NCBI GenBank assembly: GCA_045644765.1
Contig: JAZRHM010000029.1
Span: 4,972 to 68,971 of the forward strand
Direction: 5' to 3'
Length of the DNA stretch: 64,000 bases
Origin: Alphaproteobacteria bacterium
Lineage (GTDB): Bacteria > Pseudomonadota > Alphaproteobacteria > RF32 > CAG-239
Shown: one piece after another, positions 18,828-29,779 of the stretch
Layout: each line of letters opens with the position of its first letter
How positions within the stretch are numbered: position 1 is the first letter of the stretch
Translations under genes and position numbers: made by a program
Notes under the pieces: generated by a model
The model's database searches: none
What the model was told of the DNA's origin: nothing
The model's input: the letters and a program-made list of their open reading frames with translations, nothing else

Positions 18828-19619
18828 TTAAAAATTATTTTTTTCAATATCCATAAAATATGAAACGGTGTCTTCAGCAAGTTCTTTAGTGGCATCTTTG
18901 TCGCATACTATAACTCCGTGAGGGTGCATTTGAAGCGCTGAGATTGTCCACATATGGTTTATGCTTCCTTCTATACCATGTTTTATGGCTTTTGCTTTGC
19001 TTTCTCCGGTGGCAATAATCAAAACTTCTTGAGCATCCATAATGGTGGCTACACCAACAGTTAAAGCTGTGGTTGGAACTTTAGATATGTCATGATTAAA
19101 AAAGCGTGAATTGGCCTTTATGGTGCTTTCTGTTAATGTTTTTACTCTGGTTCTTGATGATAAAGATGAAAACGGCTCATTAAATGCAATGTGACCGTCA
19201 TTGCCGATACCACCGATGAACAAATGTATTCCGCCAACTTTTTTTATGGTGTCTTCATAATTTTGGCATTCTTTAGCATAATCTTTGGTCATGCCGTTAA
19301 GCATATGAATGTTTTGCGGTTTTATGTTAATGTGTTTGAAAAATGTTTCTTGCATAAAATAGTGATAACTTTGCGGATGAGACGGTTCAAGCCCGATATA
19401 TTCATCCATATTAAATGTGATAACATTTTCAAAAGAAACTTTGCCGTTTTTATACATTTTGATTAATTCGTCATACATACCCAAAGGTGTGGAACCCGTA
19501 GGTAAGCCTAATACAAAAGGTTTATCTTTTGTAGGTCTGAATTTGTTTATTCTATATACAACATAGTTTGCAACCCATTTTGATACGGTTGTGTAGTCAG
19601 GTTTTATAATCACACGCAT
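18828..19619 (-). CDS. nagB: Glucosamine-6-phosphate deaminase
   Basis: MRVIIKPDYTTVSKWVANYVVYRIN...LGLPTGSTP NagB signature. Confidence 0.9.
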   Translation of the reverse strand: MRVIIKPDYTTVSKWVANYVVYRINKFRPTKDKPFVLGLPTGSTPLGMYDELIKMYKNGKVSFENVITFNMDEYIGLEPSHPQSYHYFMQETFFKHINIKPQNIHMLNGMTKDYAKECQNYEDTIKKVGGIHLFIGGIGNDGHIAFNEPFSSLSSRTRVKTLTESTIKANSRFFNHDISKVPTTALTVGVATIMDAQEVLIIATGESKAKAIKHGIEGSINHMWTISALQMHPHGVIVCDKDATKELAEDTVSYFMDIEKNNF

Positions 19620-20791
19620 AGCTTCTTTCCTTTATAATAGATATTACCCTTTATTATAGTATGCAAAACATTTAAGTTTTTATTAAAAATTACAATATCG
19701 GCATCATATCCGGGAGCAATCAGCCCTAGGTGATCAAGGCGCATAATTCTTGCCGGATTTGTAGATGCCATATGTACAGCTTGTTCTACCGTAAAACCAT
19801 ATGATACAATGTTTTTAACGCTATCAATCATGGTTAAAGCAGAACCGGCTATTGTGTCGTCAGACTTTCTGTAAAAGCATTTATCCAGATATACTTCTTC
19901 TCCATTGGCAATAAACGGTTTCTTCTTTTGTTTTGTCGGGGTTAGAGAATCCGTTACCAATACAATTTTATCTAACGATTTGCATGTAAGTAAAAATTTT
20001 ACAATGTCTTCGTTTATATGTATGCCGTCTGCAATGACTTCGCAGGAAAGCTCCGGATGAATAAATACGGCGCCGACAGTTCCCGGATCTCGATGGTGCA
20101 TACGGCTCATGGCGTTAAACAAGTGAGTAACATGAAAAATTCTTACTTGCATGCCTTCAACCATTTGAGCATAGGTTGCATTGGTGTGACCTGCTTGCAA
20201 AACAATGCCTTTAGAAACGCAATATAAGGCTAAATCACGCATGTTTTTTAATTCGGGAGCTACAGTCATATTTATGATATGCCCTTCGGAAGCTTTCCAA
20301 AATTCTTCCATCAAATTTATATCTACAGGATTCAAAGATTGAGGATTTTGAGCGCCTAATCGGTCAGGAGATATAAAAGGACCTTCCATATGGATACCTA
20401 AAATTTTTGCTCCATTTTCTTTTCCCATGGCTTTAACAATAGATTTTATGCCTTTTATCATGTCTTTTTTTGGGGCTGAATATAGAGTAGGTATAAAACC
20501 GGTGACCCCATATCCGGCTAAAAGTTCAGACATTTTTAATATTGATTCTGTGTTATAATCGTCAGTACCAAATCCGCCAAAACCATGAATGTGTGTGTCA
20601 ATGAAACCCGGAGCAACATATGAACCTTTGGCATCAATAAAAATTGTATCCGGTTTGAAAACTTTTTTGTGAAAACGATCTTCATTAAAAACATCAATAA
20701 TTTTATGTTTTTTTATCAAGACTGCGCAATTTTTCATGGTTGAAAAACCATTTATAACTGTTGCATTGTGGATACAAATTTCTGCGGACAT
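19610..20791 (-). CDS. nagA: N-acetylglucosamine-6-phosphate deacetylase
   Basis: Amidohydrolase motifs (PGFIDTHIHG, MEGPF), overlaps nagB by 10 nt. Confidence 0.85.
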   Translation of the reverse strand: MSAEICIHNATVINGFSTMKNCAVLIKKHKIIDVFNEDRFHKKVFKPDTIFIDAKGSYVAPGFIDTHIHGFGGFGTDDYNTESILKMSELLAGYGVTGFIPTLYSAPKKDMIKGIKSIVKAMGKENGAKILGIHMEGPFISPDRLGAQNPQSLNPVDINLMEEFWKASEGHIINMTVAPELKNMRDLALYCVSKGIVLQAGHTNATYAQMVEGMQVRIFHVTHLFNAMSRMHHRDPGTVGAVFIHPELSCEVIADGIHINEDIVKFLLTCKSLDKIVLVTDSLTPTKQKKKPFIANGEEVYLDKCFYRKSDDTIAGSALTMIDSVKNIVSYGFTVEQAVHMASTNPARIMRLDHLGLIAPGYDADIVIFNKNLNVLHTIIKGNIYYKGKKLCV

Positions 20792-20805
20792 TTTGTACTC
20801 CTTTT

Positions 20806-21000
20806 TTAATAATGTGGAGGAGGGGTTTCTTCTGACAAAGGTTTTACAATGTTATCTTTTATCATGGTTGCCAACAATTTGTTTTCTTTTGTCAGTTTAT
20901 CAATGGTGTTGCCTTGCTTAAATACAACGCTATTAAGCTCGTCTACTGTTTTTTGTAAATTTGCAATTGCTATTTCTATGTCAATTAGGCGCTGTTCCAT
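20806..21000 (-). CDS. slyX: SlyX family protein
   Basis: MEQRLIDIEIAIANLQKTVDELNSVV... SlyX coiled-coil pattern. Confidence 0.7.
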   Translation of the reverse strand: MEQRLIDIEIAIANLQKTVDELNSVVFKQGNTIDKLTKENKLLATMIKDNIVKPLSEETPPPHY

Positions 21001-21006
21001 TATTTT

Positions 21007-21606
21007 TTACTCCATATTATTTTGCGGATATCCGATTACTTGATGATACGTAACAATTTCAGTTTCAGGTAAGTTCAATGCTTGATGAACTTTGTTTGCA
21101 TCAAAATATCCTCTGATAACTGTTGCTAAGCCTTTTTCGGCGGCGTATAAGTATACGTTTTGATAGGCAGATCCGCTATGGGCATAAGCATATTGCTTAT
21201 CACCTGCATATATAAGATGAACAGGTGCTTTGCTTACAAAATCTTGCTTGGCTAAATAGGGCATTAAATCAACATCGGAATAATAATTAAGTTTATTATT
21301 TTTTCCGTCATAAAGCCAAACTTTTTTATCATATACAACAAAAACTTTTAAGTCTTGTTCGTTTTGAGCGGTCGGAATTGTTCTTGTATTGTGTGAGTTT
21401 GTTCCAAAAGCGGTCCATAAAATATTGCTCAATATTTCTAAACTGACGGGTTTGTCGGAAATGTTTCTGTCAGATGCTCTTGTATTAATGATTTGCATCA
21501 AAGGAGTGTTTATATTCGGTTGAGGAAGTTTTATATCAGATGCTTGCAAACTTGTGAAAGAAAAATAAGAATATATTATAGCAACAAAGAAAATTATTTT
21601 TTTCAT
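21007..21606 (-). CDS. Nitroreductase-family protein with N-terminal signal peptide
   Basis: Signal peptide MKKIIFFVAIIYSYFSFTSLQA; nitroreductase-like fold motifs; moderate. Confidence 0.5.
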   Translation of the reverse strand: MKKIIFFVAIIYSYFSFTSLQASDIKLPQPNINTPLMQIINTRASDRNISDKPVSLEILSNILWTAFGTNSHNTRTIPTAQNEQDLKVFVVYDKKVWLYDGKNNKLNYYSDVDLMPYLAKQDFVSKAPVHLIYAGDKQYAYAHSGSAYQNVYLYAAEKGLATVIRGYFDANKVHQALNLPETEIVTYHQVIGYPQNNME

Positions 21607-21759
21607 GAGAATATCCTTTAATTAACAAATTATGCATTTACTGTATCTCTATAGGTAGTATATGACAATATTTTTCTGTTATTTTTAACAAAAAAAGTAT
21701 CTTGTATATGTATATAATTTGTTTTAATATATCTGGAGTGTAATGTTGATAGGAATAAA

Positions 21760-22488
21760 ATGCAATTTAGTGATAGCGGATACATAACAAAGGTTTTAAA
21801 ACATGGTGAAAATTCGGCCATAGTTACTGTATTGTCAGCTAAATATGGAAAAATACAGGGCTTTGTAAAGGGTGCTATAAGCAAGAAAAAATTGGGTGTT
21901 TATCAGCTCGGAAATTTGATTTCATTTAATGCTTATGCGCGTTTGGAAGAAAATTTGCCGCAATTTTTGGGAGTTGAACTGTTAAAATCTAATGCGGTTA
22001 ATTTTTTTAACAGTGAAAAAAAACTTGCAATTTTAAGTTCGTTTTGCGAACTGATAAATTGTTGTTTGATAGATAGTGAAACTGCTGAAACATTGTTCCC
22101 TTGTGTTGAAGATTTTATGAATGCATCGACAGATGATGCTGTTCTTGTAAAATATTCTTTTTTTGAATATAACTTGTTGGAATTTTTAGGAATAGGTCTT
22201 GATTTAACCGAATGCGCTGCAACAGGAAAAAAACACGATTTAGAATTTATTTCACCCAAAAGTGCTAAGGCTGTAAGTTATGACGCAGGGCTCCCTTATA
22301 AGGCTAAATTATTTAAATATCCGCATTATATTGTGGATAAAAATTATAAACCGGAGCTTGTGGAAGTGGCGGAATTGCTTAAGATGACAGAATTTTTCTT
22401 AAATAAGAATTTTTTTGAAAACCACGGCTTGAAATTTCCGAATAATCGTGCTAATTTGCTCAATATTTTGAACTTACCGAAAGATTAA
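21760..22488 (+). CDS. recO: DNA repair protein RecO
   Basis: N-terminal OB-fold pattern [33 protein letters not shown]. Confidence 0.8.
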   Translation: MQFSDSGYITKVLKHGENSAIVTVLSAKYGKIQGFVKGAISKKKLGVYQLGNLISFNAYARLEENLPQFLGVELLKSNAVNFFNSEKKLAILSSFCELINCCLIDSETAETLFPCVEDFMNASTDDAVLVKYSFFEYNLLEFLGIGLDLTECAATGKKHDLEFISPKSAKAVSYDAGLPYKAKLFKYPHYIVDKNYKPELVEVAELLKMTEFFLNKNFFENHGLKFPNNRANLLNILNLPKD

Positions 22489-22496
22489 AGAATAAA

Positions 22497-24722
22497 ATGG
22501 CTCAGACAGAAGAAAAAATCAAAGAAGTTTACTTAAAAGAAGAGTTAAGCAAAAGATATTTATCTTATGCTATGTCTACTATCGTATCTCGTTCACTTCC
22601 GGATGTAAGAGACGGGTTGAAACCTGTGCATCGTCGTTTGCTATATGCAATGCGTCAGCTTCACTTGGATCCTAAAAACGGCTATAAAAAATGTGCTCGT
22701 GTTGTTGGCGATGTTATAGGTAAATATCACCCTCATGGTGACAGTGCCGTGTATGGCGCTATGGTCAGATTGGCACAAGATTTTTCGGTAAGATATCCTC
22801 TTGTAGACGGGCAGGGTAATTTTGGTAATATTGATGGCGATGGCGCAGCTGCCATGCGTTATACCGAAGCAAGATTAACCGAATTTGCAATGGCCTTGAT
22901 GGAAGGCTTAAATGAAAACGCTGTTGATTTGATAGATACATATGATGGTGAAGAACAAGAACCTGTAGTTATGCCTTCAATGGTGCCTAATTTGTTATGT
23001 AACGGTTCTTCCGGTATCGCAGTCGGTATGGCAACAAATATTCCTCCGCATAATTTAAGTGAAGTTTGTGATGCTTTGTTATACATGATTGAAAAACCAG
23101 ATTGTGATAATGAAGCTTTGGTTCGTAAAATTAAAGGACCAGATTTTCCGACCGGTGGCATAATTGTTGATAATTTTTCTTCTATTGTTGAAACATATAA
23201 ACAAGGTAGAGGAAGTTTTAGGATCAGGGCAAAATGGGAAAAAGAAGAACTTTCACACGGACAATATCAAATTGTGGTGAGTGAAATTCCATATCAGGTT
23301 GTAAAGTCTAAATTGATTGAAAAAATTGCTCAACTTTTAACAGAAAAGAAAGTTCCTCTTTTGGCAGATGTGAGAGATGAATCTGCTCAAGATATAAGAA
23401 TTGTATTAGAGCCGAAGAATCGTACCGTTGATGCCGCACTTTTAATGGAACATTTGTTCAAGCAAACAGAACTTGAATCGAAGTTTAACATGAATATGAA
23501 TGTGCTTGATTCTGACGGCGTTCCGAGAGTGATGAGTATATATGAAGTTTTGCGTGAGTTTTTAAATCATCGTCATATAGTTCTTAAAAGAAGAGCGCAA
23601 TATAGGTTGGATAAGATTTTAGCTCGTTTGGAAATTTTATCCGGTTATTTGATTGCATATTTGAATTTGGATGAGATTATTCGCATTATCCGAGAAGAAG
23701 ATGATGCAAAATCTGTTATGATGCAAAAGTTTGATTTAACAGATAATCAGGCCGAAGCTATTTTGAATATGAAATTAAGAAGTTTGCGTAAGCTTGAAGA
23801 AACAGAAATAAGAGCCGAATTTGATGAATTGAGCGGTTTAAAATCTGAACTTGAAACATTGCTTTCTGATGAAAGCAAACGCTGGGAAGCTCTTTCCGAT
23901 GAAATTAGAAAGATTAAAGAAAAATTTGGTAAAAAGACCGCATTAGGTCGTCGCAGAACAGAGTTTGCAGAAGCTCCGGCTGATGTCGAAATTACGATTG
24001 AGGCATTGGTTGAAAAAGAACCTATTACGGTTGTATTATCGCAAAAAGGGTGGATTAAAGCTCTAAAAGGTCATTCAAATTTAAATGATGATTTTAAGTT
24101 CAAAGATGACGACAGTTTACTTATGGCAATTCATGCACAGACAACTGATAAGATTATTTTATTAGATACATCAGGTAAGTTCTTTACAATACAAGCAAGT
24201 GATATTCCTGGCGGGCGAGGGTTTGGTCAGCCTTTGCGATTGATGGTTGATTTGAGTAATAATGATAATGTTTGCTCTATGTTTGTGTTTGTACCTAACC
24301 AAAAATATGTCATAGCTTCAAATACGGGACATGGTTTTGTGGTAGATGAAAATCACCTGATTGCGCAGACGAAAAATGGTCGTAAAATTATGAATTTGGC
24401 AGAAGGTGAATATACTGCGTTTTGTAAGCCTATAATTGGTGATATGATTGCAGTTGTTGGGCAAAATCGTAAACTTTTAGTGTTTAAGGTTGAAGAAATC
24501 CCGACAATGGCAAGAGGTAGAGGAGTTTGCTTGCAAAAATATAAAGATTGCGAAATGACAGATATTCAGATTTTCAAATCGGATGATGGTTTTGAATATA
24601 ATCGTTCCGGTGGCGTAGCTAAGGAAAAAGAGCTTATGACATGGTTGGGTCATAGAGCACAAGTCGGAAAAATTGTTCCGTTTGGTTTTCCGAAAACAAA
24701 TAAGTTTTTTAAGGAACAGTAA
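22497..24722 (+). CDS. parC: DNA topoisomerase IV subunit A (741 aa; length fits ParC rather than GyrA)
   Basis: GyrA/ParC N-terminal motifs ([25 protein letters not shown], catalytic Tyr region [10 protein letters not shown]). Confidence 0.85.
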   Translation: MAQTEEKIKEVYLKEELSKRYLSYAMSTIVSRSLPDVRDGLKPVHRRLLYAMRQLHLDPKNGYKKCARVVGDVIGKYHPHGDSAVYGAMVRLAQDFSVRYPLVDGQGNFGNIDGDGAAAMRYTEARLTEFAMALMEGLNENAVDLIDTYDGEEQEPVVMPSMVPNLLCNGSSGIAVGMATNIPPHNLSEVCDALLYMIEKPDCDNEALVRKIKGPDFPTGGIIVDNFSSIVETYKQGRGSFRIRAKWEKEELSHGQYQIVVSEIPYQVVKSKLIEKIAQLLTEKKVPLLADVRDESAQDIRIVLEPKNRTVDAALLMEHLFKQTELESKFNMNMNVLDSDGVPRVMSIYEVLREFLNHRHIVLKRRAQYRLDKILARLEILSGYLIAYLNLDEIIRIIREEDDAKSVMMQKFDLTDNQAEAILNMKLRSLRKLEETEIRAEFDELSGLKSELETLLSDESKRWEALSDEIRKIKEKFGKKTALGRRRTEFAEAPADVEITIEALVEKEPITVVLSQKGWIKALKGHSNLNDDFKFKDDDSLLMAIHAQTTDKIILLDTSGKFFTIQASDIPGGRGFGQPLRLMVDLSNNDNVCSMFVFVPNQKYVIASNTGHGFVVDENHLIAQTKNGRKIMNLAEGEYTAFCKPIIGDMIAVVGQNRKLLVFKVEEIPTMARGRGVCLQKYKDCEMTDIQIFKSDDGFEYNRSGGVAKEKELMTWLGHRAQVGKIVPFGFPKTNKFFKEQ

Positions 24723-24807
24723 AAATATTATATTTGATAATATAATATTAACAAACGGATTATATTATGATATAATGCTTAAATAACAGATTGCTATAGA
24801 GTATTAT

Positions 24808-25284
24808 ATGAAAGATAGAATAAAACAGTTGTTGATAGTTGGAGGTATATTTCAACCCTTTTTGTTAGGGTTTGAATATATTGATGTTTTGTTTGATCTT
24901 TTCAGAATTAATTTTATTAATCTGAAGATTATATCGTGGGCTGTATGGATTGTATATTTGATATTTTTATTATCAAGCGTTATGAGTTTTATCTTTCCTA
25001 TGAGGAAATATAATAAAGTGTTGTCCAGGAAATATCCTAAAACGTTTTTATTTTTATTTTGTATAGGATGGGTTCCTTATATTTCGATTCCTCTGAACTT
25101 TTTGGTATCATATTTTGATGATGGCCTTCCGAATGAATGGTTTGATTTTGTTTTATCTTATTTATCTTTTTATGAATTTTGCATAAATTGTTCTTTTCTG
25201 ATTGCAGCTATTTTAATTTTGCGTAAAGTATATATTGAGTATCGTGTTAAACATGCTAAGAAACGTTATAAAAATATTTACTAG
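24808..25284 (+). CDS. Hypothetical integral membrane protein (4 TM helices)
   Basis: Hydrophobic segments only. Confidence 0.45.
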   Translation: MKDRIKQLLIVGGIFQPFLLGFEYIDVLFDLFRINFINLKIISWAVWIVYLIFLLSSVMSFIFPMRKYNKVLSRKYPKTFLFLFCIGWVPYISIPLNFLVSYFDDGLPNEWFDFVLSYLSFYEFCINCSFLIAAILILRKVYIEYRVKHAKKRYKNIY

Positions 25285-25389
25285 TTGTTTTAAGTTATCC
25301 CCTTATTGAAAATAGGCACTTTACATATAGATATAATTGTGCTTTCCTATACACGAGAAACAAAATAACTACAATAAGGTATTATTACA

Positions 25390-25611
25390 ATGAATAAAAA
25401 TACATTAGCTGATTTTTTGAATGATATAAAAGAAAATAAGATTGCTGTTACGGTTTTTTTAATCAATGGCGTTAAACTCCAAGGTGTTATTACGTATTTT
25501 GATGATAGTTCTCTTTTATTGAGAAGAGATGGTCATACTCAACTTGTTTATAAGCATGCTATCTCGACCATTATGCCAAGTACATCTGTTGACGTAGTTG
25601 TTGAAGATTAG
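25390..25611 (+). CDS. hfq: RNA chaperone Hfq
   Basis: Sm1/Sm2 motifs ([19 protein letters not shown] ... [10 protein letters not shown]). Confidence 0.9.
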   Translation: MNKNTLADFLNDIKENKIAVTVFLINGVKLQGVITYFDDSSLLLRRDGHTQLVYKHAISTIMPSTSVDVVVED

Positions 25612-25614
25612 AAG

Positions 25615-26916
25615 TTGCAAGATACAACAGTAAAAACAGATAATATTACCTGTGTTATATGTCCGATTGTTGCTGATATGGATAAGTCTATATCAGCACA
25701 AAGTCGTTTAAAAGAAGCAATAGGCTTATCGTTAGCAATTAAACTAAATATTGTATATTCTGATATTGTTAAGTTAAAAGTTGTTAAACCGGCAACATAC
25801 TTTTCCAAAGGGTTTATTGAAAAAATGCTCTCTATTATAGAAATGGAGCATATCACTTTGATGGTTGTTGATACATCTCTTTCTCCAATACAGCAGCGAA
25901 ATTTGGAAAAAGAACTGAACATTAAGGTAATTGATCGCACTGCATTGATATTAGAAATTTTTGGGGAAAGGGCAAAGACAAGCGAAGGTAAGTTACAAGT
26001 AGAGTTAGCACATCTTACATACCAACGTTCCAGATTAGTAAGAAGTTGGACCCATCTTGAGAGACAAAGAGGAGGTGCCGGATTTTTAGGAGGTCCGGGA
26101 GAAAAGCAGATAGAACTGGATAGGCGAATTATTGACGATAAGATTGTAAAAATAAAGAAAGAATTAGAAAAAGTCAAAAATACCCGAGAGTTGCAAAGAG
26201 GAAACAGACGTAAAGTTCCGTATCCGGTGGTCGCTTTAGTTGGGTATACAAATGCCGGAAAGTCTACCTTATTTAATAGCTTATCCGGAGCAGATGTTTT
26301 GGCTCAAGATATGTTGTTTGCGACCTTAGATCCTACTTTAAGAAAAATAAAGTTAGCATCGGGCAGAGAAGTTATTTTTTCTGATACCGTAGGTTTTATT
26401 TCAGATTTGCCTCATGAACTAATTATGGCTTTTAGGTCAACATTAGAAGAAGTATTGGAAGCTGATATTATTGTTCATGTAAGAGATATTGCAAACGAAG
26501 ATACTTCAGCACAAAAAAAAGATGTATTGGAAGTTTTGGATAATTTAGGCTTAAAAGAAATTGAAACGCAAGCAAATTATATTGAAGTTTTAAATAAGAT
26601 TGATTTGTTAAGTAAAGAAGATAGACTGCTTTTAGAGCAAAAAATAGTAAATAAATCAAAAGAGGTCATCTTGTTATCAGCGGTCAGCGGTCAAGGTTGT
26701 AAAGAGCTTTGCTTAAAAGTAGATAATATACTTTCATCAGCTTATAAGACATACACTTTATATGTTGATGTAGCTGATGGTAAATTGCAAGCGTGGTTAC
26801 ATAAAAATGCCATAGTTGTAGACAAGCAATTAGAAGAAGATAAAATATTTTTTGAAATTAAAATAGATGAAAAAAATTTTCAACGTTTAATAAAAACGTT
26901 TCCTGTTCAGATATAA
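25615..26916 (+). CDS. hflX: GTPase HflX (TTG start 4 nt after hfq stop)
   Basis: GYTNAGKSTLFN G1, DTVGF G3, NKID G4; canonical hfq-hflX synteny. Confidence 0.9.
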   Translation: MQDTTVKTDNITCVICPIVADMDKSISAQSRLKEAIGLSLAIKLNIVYSDIVKLKVVKPATYFSKGFIEKMLSIIEMEHITLMVVDTSLSPIQQRNLEKELNIKVIDRTALILEIFGERAKTSEGKLQVELAHLTYQRSRLVRSWTHLERQRGGAGFLGGPGEKQIELDRRIIDDKIVKIKKELEKVKNTRELQRGNRRKVPYPVVALVGYTNAGKSTLFNSLSGADVLAQDMLFATLDPTLRKIKLASGREVIFSDTVGFISDLPHELIMAFRSTLEEVLEADIIVHVRDIANEDTSAQKKDVLEVLDNLGLKEIETQANYIEVLNKIDLLSKEDRLLLEQKIVNKSKEVILLSAVSGQGCKELCLKVDNILSSAYKTYTLYVDVADGKLQAWLHKNAIVVDKQLEEDKIFFEIKIDEKNFQRLIKTFPVQI

Positions 26917-27012
26917 AAGTGCGCATAATTTAGTTCTAAAATTATTGAAAAAATGCTTTTTGAAATTAAGTAAATCAGTGTTTTGGATATTATAATTTTA
27001 AGGAGAAAAAAT

Positions 27013-27594
27013 ATGACGCAAGGAGTTCGTTATCCGACTTTAGCATTTCAGACAGGTGGAGCAGGGCAAGCAAATGATGGTATTCCGCCACAACCGTTTG
27101 AAACATTTTGTTATGATTCAGCTTTAATGCAGGCAAAAATTGAAAACTTTAATGTGGTTCCATATACTTCGGTTTTACCTAAAGAGTTATATGGAAATAT
27201 TGTTAGCGTTGATAAGGTTGCAGATCAATTTAAGCATGGTGCTGTTTTGGAAGTAATTATGGCAGGACATGGTGCTTCAAGAGATGAGCATAAGGCAATT
27301 GCTACAGGTGTTGGTATTTGTTGGGGAAAAGATAAAAATGGTGAGCTTATCGGTGGATGGGCAGCTGAATATGTTGAGTTTTTTGATACCCAAATTGATG
27401 ATGAGATAGCTCAGGGACATGCTAAAATGTGGCTTAATAAATCTTTGAGGCATGAGCTTGAAATCAGGGGCGTAGAGCAACACAGTGAATTTGAAATGTT
27501 CCATAATTATTTAAATATAACAGAACAATTCGGATATTGTTTAACATGTTTAGGCTTTTTAAACTTTGAATATGCTGAGCCTGCTAAAGTTTAG
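27013..27594 (+). CDS. pdaD: Pyruvoyl-dependent arginine decarboxylase (PdaD/AaxB family); ORF-track TTG 26983 less likely than ATG 27013 with AGGAG RBS
   Basis: [18 protein letters not shown]... family N-terminus, ~190 aa. Confidence 0.7.
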   Translation: MTQGVRYPTLAFQTGGAGQANDGIPPQPFETFCYDSALMQAKIENFNVVPYTSVLPKELYGNIVSVDKVADQFKHGAVLEVIMAGHGASRDEHKAIATGVGICWGKDKNGELIGGWAAEYVEFFDTQIDDEIAQGHAKMWLNKSLRHELEIRGVEQHSEFEMFHNYLNITEQFGYCLTCLGFLNFEYAEPAKV

Positions 27595-27606
27595 AAAGGA
27601 AAAAAT

Positions 27607-29088
27607 ATGTTAAAGAAAAAAAATCAGCATGAACTCACGGCGGAGAAAACAAACTCCGCCGGTTTAGGTGTTATGGCATTGGCAGCGATAGTTGTAAGTT
27701 CGATGATTGGCGGAGGTATATATTCTTTACCACAAAATATGGCGGCAGGAGCTTCAGCCGGAGCTGTGTTTTTAGCTTGGTTAATTACCGGCTTTGGTGT
27801 TTATTTTATAGCTAATACTTTTAGAATTTTATCTGATATCAGACCAGATTTAACAGCAGGTATTTATATGTATAGTCGCGAAGGTTTTGGTCCGTATGTC
27901 GGGTTTACCATCGGATGGTCATATTGGTTATGTCAAATTTGTGGTAATGTCGGGTATGCTGTTATTACAATGGATGCGCTTAATTATTTTTTTCCACCGT
28001 ATTTTGCCGGTGGAAATACAACATATTCCATTATAGGTGGTTCTATTTTGATTTGGGGATTTAATTTTTTAGTATTAAAAGGTATAAAACAGGCAACTTT
28101 GATAAATTTTATAGGAACAATCGGTAAGATTGTACCGCTTTTATTATTCATCATTGTTATGGCATTTATTTTTAATAATAATAAATTTTCTTTTGATTTT
28201 TGGGGAGAAAATGCAGCAACCGTATCTAAGTTAGGTGGTTTGTCTGCCCAAATCAAAAGTACGATGCTTGTAACTTTATGGTCATTTATAGGTATCGAAG
28301 GTGCCGTTGTTATGTCACAGCACGCAAAAACACCCCAATCTGTAGGAAAAGCGACTTTACTTGGTTTTATCAGTTGTTTGGCTATTTATGTGATGTTATC
28401 ATTGCTTCCATTCGGTTATATGAGCCAAGCTGAATTAGCATTGGTGCCAAATCCGTCAACAGCAGGAATTTTGGAAAAAGTGTTTGGTAAATGGGGAGCT
28501 ATATTAATGAATGTCGGTTTGTTAATTTCAGTGTTATCAAGTTGGCTTGCGTGGACAATGGTTACGGCGCAAATACCACAAGCTGCTGCTAAAAACGGAA
28601 CTTTCCCAAAAGAGTTTGCAAAGGAAAATGAAAATAAAGCACCATCAGTTTCATTATGGATAACAAGTGCTATTATGCAATTGTTTATGTTATTGGTATT
28701 TTTTTCCAACAATGCATGGAATATGATGTTGAGTATAACAGGTGTTATGGTGTTGCCGGCATATTTATCAAGTTGTGCCTATTTATGGAAAATATGTGAG
28801 GATCACGAATATCCAAAAAATACATATATCAAACGTTCATATGCTTTGTTTTCAGGAATTATAGGCGCATTGTACTCTTTATGGTTAATTTATGCCGCCG
28901 GCTTACAATATTTACTCATGGCAGTGATTTTTATGACAATAGGAATACCTGTTTATGCTTTGGCCAGTAAACAAAATGATCCTCAAAGAAAAATTTTTAG
29001 CAATAAAGAATTGGTGCTTGCAAGTTCTTTAGTGATTATTTCGATTATTGCCATATATGCAATGAGTACATCAATTGTGAAAATTTAA
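27607..29088 (+). CDS. APC-superfamily amino acid transporter, probable arginine:agmatine antiporter (AdiC/AaxC-like)
   Basis: 12-TM APC permease; immediate downstream of pdaD. Confidence 0.7.
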   Translation: MLKKKNQHELTAEKTNSAGLGVMALAAIVVSSMIGGGIYSLPQNMAAGASAGAVFLAWLITGFGVYFIANTFRILSDIRPDLTAGIYMYSREGFGPYVGFTIGWSYWLCQICGNVGYAVITMDALNYFFPPYFAGGNTTYSIIGGSILIWGFNFLVLKGIKQATLINFIGTIGKIVPLLLFIIVMAFIFNNNKFSFDFWGENAATVSKLGGLSAQIKSTMLVTLWSFIGIEGAVVMSQHAKTPQSVGKATLLGFISCLAIYVMLSLLPFGYMSQAELALVPNPSTAGILEKVFGKWGAILMNVGLLISVLSSWLAWTMVTAQIPQAAAKNGTFPKEFAKENENKAPSVSLWITSAIMQLFMLLVFFSNNAWNMMLSITGVMVLPAYLSSCAYLWKICEDHEYPKNTYIKRSYALFSGIIGALYSLWLIYAAGLQYLLMAVIFMTIGIPVYALASKQNDPQRKIFSNKELVLASSLVIISIIAIYAMSTSIVKI

Positions 29089-29195
29089 GTTTTTATCATT
29101 GTTTGACAAAAAATGATTGACATGGTTTTGTAAAATTGGTATAAAACATATAATAAAAAATAATTAAGGTAAAAATTATTCAAATACGTCTAATT

Positions 29196-29702
29196 ATGAA
29201 AACTAAAAGTTTGATGGCGCTTCTCAAGGAGAAAGACCTCGCTAAATTTGAAAATTTCCTTCAGATGATGGAACCTGGTTCAATTGCTTCAGAAGATGAA
29301 GTAGAGTTTTTCGAATGTGCCCCTGATGAATGGAAACTTAAGTATCTTGATGTAAGTTATCCAGGTACTCAGGCTGAAAGAGTGATGATGGTAAAAGGAT
29401 CTCCCGAAGTTTTGAAAAAAAGCTGTCGGTTGTGGAGTTTTTGGGAAGATAATGTGAAATGGGTGTTGGTGTCCGGTACACATGAGGTTTGTAAGACTGT
29501 TATATCAAGCCTTAATTCACGTCCCGGAACAGAAATTGAAATTCTGATGCTTAAACGAAATTCTCGAGAACTTTTAACTATGTGGCTCGAAAAGTATGAG
29601 TGCTTAGCTGAAGATTCCGAAAGACTTCTTCATGAAGACAGTAGTTTATTTATACTGAAAAACATGTATATAGAAGATCAAATAAGGAAAATGCCACACT
29701 AA
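29196..29702 (+). CDS. Hypothetical protein (168 aa)
   Basis: ORF with plausible codon usage; no recognisable motifs. Confidence 0.4.
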   Translation: MKTKSLMALLKEKDLAKFENFLQMMEPGSIASEDEVEFFECAPDEWKLKYLDVSYPGTQAERVMMVKGSPEVLKKSCRLWSFWEDNVKWVLVSGTHEVCKTVISSLNSRPGTEIEILMLKRNSRELLTMWLEKYECLAEDSERLLHEDSSLFILKNMYIEDQIRKMPH

Positions 29703-29735
29703 ATCTCACACAGAGAAACTTGGAAATTTTACACA

Positions 29736-29769
29736 AAAAGCCTCTCTTAAAAAAGAGAGGCTTTTTTGT
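29736..29769. terminator. Bidirectional terminator (aagcctctctt-aaaaa-agagaggctt)
   Basis: Perfect hairpin between convergent genes. Confidence 0.65.
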
Positions 29770-29779
29770 GATTATATGT

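Noticed and set aside
26983-27012. TTG start for pdaD at 26983 and upstream-extended starts for trmFO (38839), htpG (48490), repressor (57218), giant protein (35473)
   Set aside because: In each case a downstream ATG with a proper SD at correct spacing and homolog N-terminus alignment is more plausible.
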